64,000 nucleotides of DNA from Rotaria socialis. Lineage: Eukaryota. The DNA is taken from assembly GCA_905331295.1 (NCBI GenBank), contig CAJNYD010000048.1, positions 1 to 64,000 of the forward strand, read 5' to 3'. Positions within the stretch are counted from its first letter, which is position 1, and the number at the start of each line of letters is the position of its first letter. The translations under genes were made by a program, and so were the position numbers. Shown here piece by piece: positions 56,315 through 64,000 of this stretch. Below the pieces are notes generated by a model that saw nothing but the letters and a program-made list of their open reading frames with translations, did no database searches and was not told where the DNA came from.

Positions 56315-59300
56315 TCAGTTTGATGAAGACAAATGCTTCCATAACGTATTCACTAGAATTTCAGCTTTTTCATATGATGTAATTGACATATTTTCAAGTG
56401 TAGTCGACGGTTGATCCAGAGGCACTAAAACAATATTATCGTGCCATGTTGCACCTTGCTCATTTGCTTTGTATTCCTCAATTTTTTTACGAAAAGTCGT
56501 TGCTTGTTCTAATGGATCGAACGTTCCAAAATTGAAATGAGACAGGATATTCTGATACTGAGTTTGCAAGGCATTCAATGCCGCTGGTATCTCCATGGGA
56601 AAGTAGAGAGTCTGGATGGATAAGAGCATTATGATAAATGTTTCATTTTAACTTTTCTTTTTCTTAGTTACCTGTTGATTGATCAAATTTGTGAGTTCAT
56701 AGATAACTAGAGCACTGTATGACCGTAGAAATACGCCACCAACGGTCACTGCTAGTTTCGGACTGACAAAATTACGATCTCTGCATAGAGAACTCAGGTT
56801 TTGATTGCAAAGATAGATGAAGAAAAAACCGACTTACTTCGGCTTCCAGTAGGATAATTTGAATCCGACTCGCTTTTGCTCATCCTCGCTTAACAATAGT
56901 CCGCAAGAAAGAAGTTTAGAGGAATTTTCGATGGTCCATGGAATGACAAAAACCCATTTATTGATGAAAATTGATTTACTCTGTTTAAAATCAAGAAAAT
57001 TCTCCATGAGAAGTTGTTGATGAATCAATTCCACTCGTTCTTGATGAACTTCAAATGTAAATAATAAAAAACTGATTCAAACTATTCTCAATTTTCTCCG
57101 ATCTTACTAGGTAAAGATGTTAGAAGTTTTGCATAGTTAAAGTAAAATGCTGCAGCACAGCCTGCGCCAACACTTGTACATTGCTTGAAATAAAATAGAA
57201 TCAATTATTTATAATCACATTTAAATACAAAAATCATACCAGTGCTGTCTGTTGAGTGGGATCATAAATATCGTCGAACATATCTGTATAAGTTTTTGAT
57301 TGGACATTCATATCTGTGAAATTTTCTTTATTTATGTGTATGATATCAACTAGTGAAGTTAAAATCTTACTAGTAAGATACTCAATCACCTCTCGCACTT
57401 CATCATCGCTTAATTTGGCAATGCGTAAACGCAGATCAAAAATGAGATATGGAATATATTTAATGAGATGACACGAAAAACGTTGAATAGCATCATTAAT
57501 ACAAATGAAGATATCTCGTAGAACACCAATCTATTAGAATATTAATAAAAGACAAAAAACTAAAAACAAATATCAATGATTTATTTACTTTATTGATCTT
57601 GCGCTCTACGGCTTTTATCATTTGACGATTATCATTATCAGTCATTTCTTCAGTACAGATAAATATGATCTGTTCGAGGTCTTCGATTAAATCAACATCA
57701 CCATCAATATCATCGATAGTATAACCATGACCTTCCAACTTTTCTTTCAGATCTCTATATCGAGATATGAAAAATTAAATTTTAATAGTTTCAAGAGTTA
57801 CTTGATAAATGCTACAATTAATTGATTAGTATTTCTGTTCTTGAAAAATAAGTGTACTAATCGATTATTTGGTTGAGATTCAAGAAGTATGGATTTTGCA
57901 ATCTAATGATAAAAAAAAACTAATCTATATTAATCGCATCGAATTTTGAGGCTTACAGAACGTTCATCTGTATACAAATCAGCTTTTTCGTACCACTGCT
58001 CAATGTCGTCTTTGATCAAAATCGGTAATGATTTCATGTCTGCATCTAAACGAACAAAAACAATATACGTTTTCTTTTTAGATCAAACAAAATAGGCCTA
58101 CTCTGAAAAAAATAAAGGAGGTTTACAGAACCCTCCGAAAAGGTTCTGCAGATTTTCAAAATGCTCCAAATGTGTTCAAAGTCTCAAAAAAAGGATAAAA
58201 ATTTTGACAGAACCTTTTGAAGGTTCTGCGTTTTACCCAAGTGCAGAACCATCTCTTACAGAACCTTTTTTTCGGTTCTGTACAGCAAAAAAAGGTTCCG
58301 TGAGAAAATACGAAACCTTGAAGGTTCTGTACAAAACGATTGGGTTCAGTACGGAACCATTAAGGTTACGCACCAATGGTTAATGGTTTCGTACAGAACC
58401 TTCAAGATTTCGTATTTTCTCACGGAACCTTTTTTTGCTGTACAGAACCGAAAAAAAGGTTCTGTCAAAATTTTTATCCTTTTTTTGAGACTTTGAACAC
58501 ATTTGGAGCATTTTGAAAATCTACAGAACCTGTTCGGAGGGTTCTGTAAACCTCCTGTATTTTTTTCAGACTACAATTAGCTTGATCACAGCAATTATCT
58601 CGAGCGTTCTGACTCATTTCTGGTCTCTCTTCGTCATCAATTTGGATCAATTTAATTGATTCCGATAAATTTTCAACGACAAGCAGTCGATTGAGCATAT
58701 TGCAGAAGCGAAGATATTCATCTCGTTTTTGTGCACGACTTATGTGACCATTTCGCTCCAGTTGACCGAGTATGGATAAAATATAAGGATATTCACCACA
58801 AAATAAATACTATGAAAATAAATATAAAGTTGTTATTCGCTTGACAAATAATTAATTAATTCTTGTTCTACTCGAATAATCTTGTTATGATCAACAATCT
58901 CATCAATATGATAAAATGTACGTTGAAGATAGCGATTGTAGTGAATCATTGGTTTGGATCGAAGTATTTCTCCACTAAACAACATTAGGGATAAATTAGA
59001 AAACAAAAAAGAAAACGATATAGACAAATACGTACCCAGCTACCGTAGTCAAATGTATACTAGTTGGATCATGCGGATCGATGATAGTACCTTGAAGAGG
59101 AGTCGTTTCAGTGTATACAATCGAATTGCTAGTGTCCGGTGGGCCAAAGTTACAAGATGTAGGCGCAATTAAATAGTAAACCGGTACTAGCCGAAGTTCA
59201 ATATTTTTGTTCTCTTCCTGCGTATTCATATTATTTAAATATTCTCTATATTTATTGAAGCAATCGTTGGTGGTTTTCTTGATTGTATGAACTCCTTCAA

Positions 59301-60903
59301 ATTCAATCAAGAAATTTCGATAGTAGTTAACTTCTCAAAATTTACCTATGTGCCTATCTACGGTGGATGGTACATCTTCAATAGAAAATAAGTGGCATAG
59401 TCGTGGATAAGATCCGGGCAAAGAATTTTCGGCATGGAACGTAGCCAATGATTGTTCGTTCATACTAAAATTTATTTTAAAATGCCACATAAACTAAAAA
59501 AAGTTATTCACCTGTGATCACAGGAACAACGCCGGTATTTTTCGTTCCACTCTCGTATATCATCTTTAAGTTGAATACAAATTAGAGAATCGAGATCGAA
59601 TTTTTCTTGCCAAATATTAAGTCTCTCAATAGTCTGACCAAAATCACCTACATCAGTTACATTAAAGGTGACCAGTGTTTGATTACCATTGGAATTATCA
59701 TGTTTTAATGATTCGTATGTAAATACAAGTGTACTAGACTGCAGTGGCAAAAGTGATCTCTCTTCCATTGTTGAAGGAGATCTTTCAAGATAATTATTTT
59801 CAATCCACCCATCGAATAGAACACGTATACTTGAAGGAAACGCTTCTTGAGTTATATTTCTATTGAAAATGAATGTGAGAATGATGTTATTGGCTAGAAA
59901 CAAAAAAAGTGAAAGAAAAAAAAGATTAATATACAAATGAGATTATATCGAATACATCAATTTCGAAGGTTTCATATCAAAGATAGCCTTCAGCTGAATC
60001 CTGTTAATGGAAGTTGGCAAACGTTTTGAAAACAGGAGTGACAAAATCTGCTATCTTTGACTTGAAATAGTAGAAATTGATGTACTATTAAAAACCAAAA
60101 ATATCTATTCAATCTTACTGAAGCCAACTTGTCGATTGAGATAAGTATAGAAATAATTAAAAACAAGTCCACTGCTATTGCTATTAGCATGAAGGCGCAA
60201 CGGATAGGAATAGTCCCGCTTTCTCTATATAAAAAAAGTAGCTAATATTTAGATAAGTGTTTGTTTGATACTTACTGGCTTGCGTCGCACAACTTTATTT
60301 CGTCCATTTTTACGAAGATAGTCGAAAATAGTGTCAAAATTACTATTCGAACCATTATTGTGAGACTCAAAAAATATGCTATTGGTATAGCGATTTAGCA
60401 AATGTTCTCGTTCATGCGGTAAAATATTATTATCGAAACATACAAACATGAAAGCATGCTCTACCTGAAATAAAAGTCTTACGATTGATAGTTAGAATAG
60501 ATAAAAACGTACTGCTACAGATTTGACATTGTCATTGTAGGCAATGACTTCATTAATAACTGTACTCCATATAAATTCAATGGTCCATGTGTAGCCTATT
60601 CAAGAAAAAGAATGGCATTGGCAGTGAACTCAAAGAACAAATCACTTACGTGGATTTCTTGCATTGTCACGATGTGATGCATCTGAGGAAAACATTAGAA
60701 TCAGCTTATCACGGAAGTCTCTAAATCCATTATTAAAAACATTTATTATTTCTTATATCAATAGAATAGTATTACCTGCATTTCGCTTTTATCACCAATG
60801 GTGCATTAGAATGTACCAAAGAAAAATCTACTACACTGAAGTTAAAAATTGTTCCATGATAAACTGTCTGACCATAGTGTACGAGATCATCGTTTGACGC
60901 CAT
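56315..60903 (-). CDS. Soluble multi-domain TIR-STING-like protein (~1004 aa; TIR-STING-STING-TIR-STING)
   Basis: 18 phase-compatible GT-AG exons: 60776-60903, 60650-60720, 60513-60595, 60276-60464, 60119-60224, 59512-59893, 59346-59464, 59036-59294, 58872-58974, 58575-58809, 57957-58045, 57802-57902, 57589-57754, 57240-57530, 57108-57183, 56838-57048, 56672-56780, 56315-56611 (3015 nt). STING-domain motifs include VGAGCAAAFYFNYAKLL, GGVFLRSYSALVIYEL, MEIPAALNAL, PLEQATTFRKKIEE and GEYPYILSILGQLERNGHISRAQKRDEYLRFCNMLNRLL. Confidence 0.8.
58102..58570. mobile_element. 469-bp palindromic MITE (foldback) inside an intron of the TIR-STING gene
   Basis: Near-perfect inverted arms tctgaaaaaaata.aggaggtttacagaaccctccgaa... 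and ...ttcggagggttctgtaaacctcctgtatttttttcaga, with internal agaacc/ggttct repeats. Flanked by direct CTAC at 58098-58101 and 58571-58574. Confidence 0.95.
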
Positions 60904-63119
60904 TATTTTTCTTAGAGATTGCAAAAAAATGAAATAAATACCATTCAATTAAACATTACGTGATTTTTTAACGAGACAAAAATGTAAGTTGTCAATGAAT
61001 CATTTAACGAATTATTTCATAAATGCGTAAATTGTTGTCATAGCAACGTAATCCTAGCTTTATTAATGGGCGGTGCATTACGTCTAGCTACTTTTTACTT
61101 ACTGTTTCGTTTAGTGCATACATTATCAATCTTATTTTTTTTTCTTTCTCTCGTTGAGTCCTTATTGGAAATTTAATATCACTGATAACAAGATGCCTTG
61201 CTTGGCTTTAACCCTTTTCTAAAGAAAAAGTATAATATAAATAATGCTGAAGTAATTAAGTAGGAATAGTTACAAAAATTCCAACTAAAAACCATGACGC
61301 CAGTTGCAAATAAAATAATGATGTATATCAAAAACAAAAAAACAAATATGCGTTTTTTTATGCTTAGGCTTACATTCATTAGAAAAAGAGAACGGAGAAA
61401 GAAAAAAAACCTATTTTTTCTAACCATCAATGGCGTGCAGGTGTAAATAATATGGTTCTTTTTACCGATTATTGATTTCATACGAGCGTGAACCAATACC
61501 ACAATTTTCAATGAGAGGTCTTCACATTTACTTTAAATTTAACTTCGTAATAATGGCTGTCTTTGAGAGTAAACGCAAATTGTCAGTGTCTGCAATTGAT
61601 TAATGATGAATATGAGTGCGAGGAAGCGCATGTTGACCAGTATGACCTATAATCGGTTATTAACTCAGCTTCATATATTCGAATTTTACTAGTTCACATT
61701 AATTATTCTCATTCCATTTTCTATCAATTTGAGATTTCGAAGTAAAGCAGTTATATTCGTTTCAAGAAACTTGGCTCGTTGATGAACCAGATTCAAATAT
61801 TATACATCAAAATTAATTAGAAATCACAGCGGACTAACTTATACAGTGTTTCACACCTGAGAAAATTAATGTTGCTCTCGAAAAATATTATTCTCTCTTA
61901 GATTTTATGAATAATTTAAGTTTGAAACATTGAGTTTGCGATTCTATAGAATACATTTTGCCTCGTACACGTCCACATGGTTTCGAAAACGTTTGGTATA
62001 TCTTAGAAACGAGTAAATAGTGCTCTTTTTCTACAAATTTTAACTTGCAGCGCAAACAAAATTTAATTTCAGTGTTGTGACTATGAAAAAACGATCCCAT
62101 CAAAGAACATAAGAAAGTGTTTACCAGTTTTGAGAAACCTTGATTGCAATTGTACTTCAGCTGGAATGACTTTTAATTCAAAAATAGTATTTCTGCTATT
62201 TTTTCCACAAAAATGTCACCAATAACAAAAATACTGTGCATGATGATTTTTTTTGTTAAATAAGGAATAGGATAAAAGTTTCCCATTCATTTTGCTGTTG
62301 ATACGTAGCAGTGTAATGGAATTTACTACACATTTCATCATGGGTGGGTGTGGGGTGCGGTTGAGTTAAAAATCCAGTCACATCCACGCCCAAACATATA
62401 TTGTTGTTGTATAGAATTCAACAAGACAGTAAAACACAGTTGGGGACCAGTCGCTGAAATTAATCTTAGCAAAAGAAACGCATCATTTGTTGAATTCTTA
62501 AATCATTTAGTACTCGTTTTCACACTTCTAAAATCCATCTTTTTCCTAGGATATTTTCAACGTTCGTCTCATTGTATCAATGCAATATAGCGATTTTCGT
62601 CAAATAAGAACTTTGAAAGAACTCTACTAGGGCAAGAGAATACAGTACAGTTCTTGGCCTGTGGAGTCAGATCATTTACAGCACCCTCTTTTTCGATGAC
62701 TTCACGAGAGAAAAAACAAATAATCTTCTTTCTTTTCATTCATCTTGATTTCATTATTATTGCACAGTACGAGTAAAATGCGATCTTGTAAGTACATAAC
62801 AGATTTCCTTGAATTACGTTTACGACATTTGATTATCTATCTGTAGAATAATGAGAATTTCAATTTTGGTACTTTTCATTCAGAAATGTTTGTTTCATAT
62901 AAATACAAAAAAAAATGAAAAAAAAAACAATTCGCAAACATAATTCATAACACTGCTAGACAAAACAATCCATACATGAACAAAATGTCTTTCAATCACA
63001 GAATATCCAATGCACAAAAAGAAAAGGATGCGAATTTATATCTATCTGAAACTTTGCAATACAAAAGAAAAGAAAACTCATCAAGTATTTTTCATAGGGA
63101 AAAATATCTGAAAGTACAT

Positions 63120-63590
63120 TTACAACGTTTTTAAACCGGATTCAATTTCTTTCAATGCTGAAAGAAGAATTTCTCGTTTATGAGATATCGATGATGATTG
63201 CAAATCATTATTACTGGGTGGTCCGAAATAGGGTCGAACAAATTGTACTTCATCGTGCATAACAAACATTGGCCTTGAACTAGTAGTAGAGTTTTTTGGC
63301 GGCGAAAGATTATCTTTTTGCAATATAAATGATGATAAAGGCACTGTTGTTCGACCGCGACCTTTACTAATACTTTGACAATGATCCTTTACTATTGCAT
63401 TACCATGGCCACGTCCCACTGGAGTCACTTGAGTATCTGATGATGAAGATGATGGTACATAAGTTCGATTAGAAAATTGAAAACAAGCTGCTGGCAATGT
63501 TCGTTTAACAATTGCAGGTGAAGGTTGCTGGTTTAGTTGAGAAATATGTTTGGCTCGTTGAGAAAAATATCTTGAATCAGATTGTTCCAT
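63120..63590 (-). CDS. Hypothetical 156-aa Ser/Pro-rich protein
   Basis: Long open frame in AT-rich DNA with an ATG start; splice acceptor (ttcttttag) about 30 nt upstream; two GRG motifs and a helical C-terminus; no recognised domain. Confidence 0.55.
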   Translation of the reverse strand: MEQSDSRYFSQRAKHISQLNQQPSPAIVKRTLPAACFQFSNRTYVPSSSSSDTQVTPVGRGHGNAIVKDHCQSISKGRGRTTVPLSSFILQKDNLSPPKNSTTSSRPMFVMHDEVQFVRPYFGPPSNNDLQSSSISHKREILLSALKEIESGLKTL

Positions 63591-64000
63591 GATTGCTGAT
63601 GATCAGTGGGATGCATTCATCTAAAAGAATTGAATTTCTTTTTTTTTATCACCTAATAAATATATACATTTAATGAAGAGATCATTTCAATATCTTTTAG
63701 ATGTGCATAGGCTGAGAAAAAACGAGTCATTATCACAAACACACATTTCATGTCAAACAACGTTTTAAACAAAATAAAAACAAACAAACAAAAGAACCTT
63801 GAGCAAAATTAAATAAAGAAAAATAAATAAAAACAAAATGTTAATTTATGTTGAAAAAAAAAATGTTGCATATCTATTGTGTAGTTGTGTCTGGTCATCG
63901 TACCATTTACACCAATAAGTAGATTTCGAATAATATTCTGAGAATTTTTCTTCAACATTCTTTTGCATTTCAATATAATCTTGATAATATTGTGGCTTTC

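Noticed and set aside
58474..58574. ORF tail SLKKIQEVYRTLRTGSVDFQNAPNVFKVSKKG as genuine coding sequence
   Set aside because: It is read-through into the MITE past the splice donor at 58574.
59990..60190. Hydrophobic ORF MLIAIAVDLFLIISILISI as a transmembrane segment of the STING protein
   Set aside because: It is out of phase with the upstream exon; the in-phase frame gives the STING alpha1-like NSSGLVFNYFYTYL.
1..64000. A cGAS-like/CD-NTase partner gene for the STING protein
   Set aside because: I found no nucleotidyltransferase (GS...DxD) motif in any gene model in this window.

Overview
This is an AT-rich eukaryotic (metazoan) scaffold window with compact genes and many ~50-65 nt GT-AG introns. 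That style suggests a bdelloid rotifer or similar small invertebrate, which is an inference. Left to right it holds: the 3' half of a cullin-1 gene that runs into an assembly gap; about 8 kb of repeat/MITE relics; FBXO36; a compact TOPBP1; a Tudor-domain gene; NHE8; an orphan gene; a C2H2 zinc-finger gene; TRMT10A; LRRC40; a small Fox-1-like RRM gene; a PAR-bZIP factor with a long upstream non-coding region; DDX24; MON2; and an orphan ORF. The main result is an 18-exon minus-strand gene at 56315-60903 that the ORF track shows only as fragments. Spliced by hand it gives an intact ~1004-aa protein with no transmembrane segment. By manual alignment it carries two clear and one degenerate STING cyclic-dinucleotide-binding domain plus two TIR-like domains (TIR-STING-STING-TIR-STING), a candidate new innate-immune receptor architecture. 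A palindromic MITE sits exactly on one of its splice donors. All gene models and domain calls come from manual translation and remembered family motifs; no database search was run.
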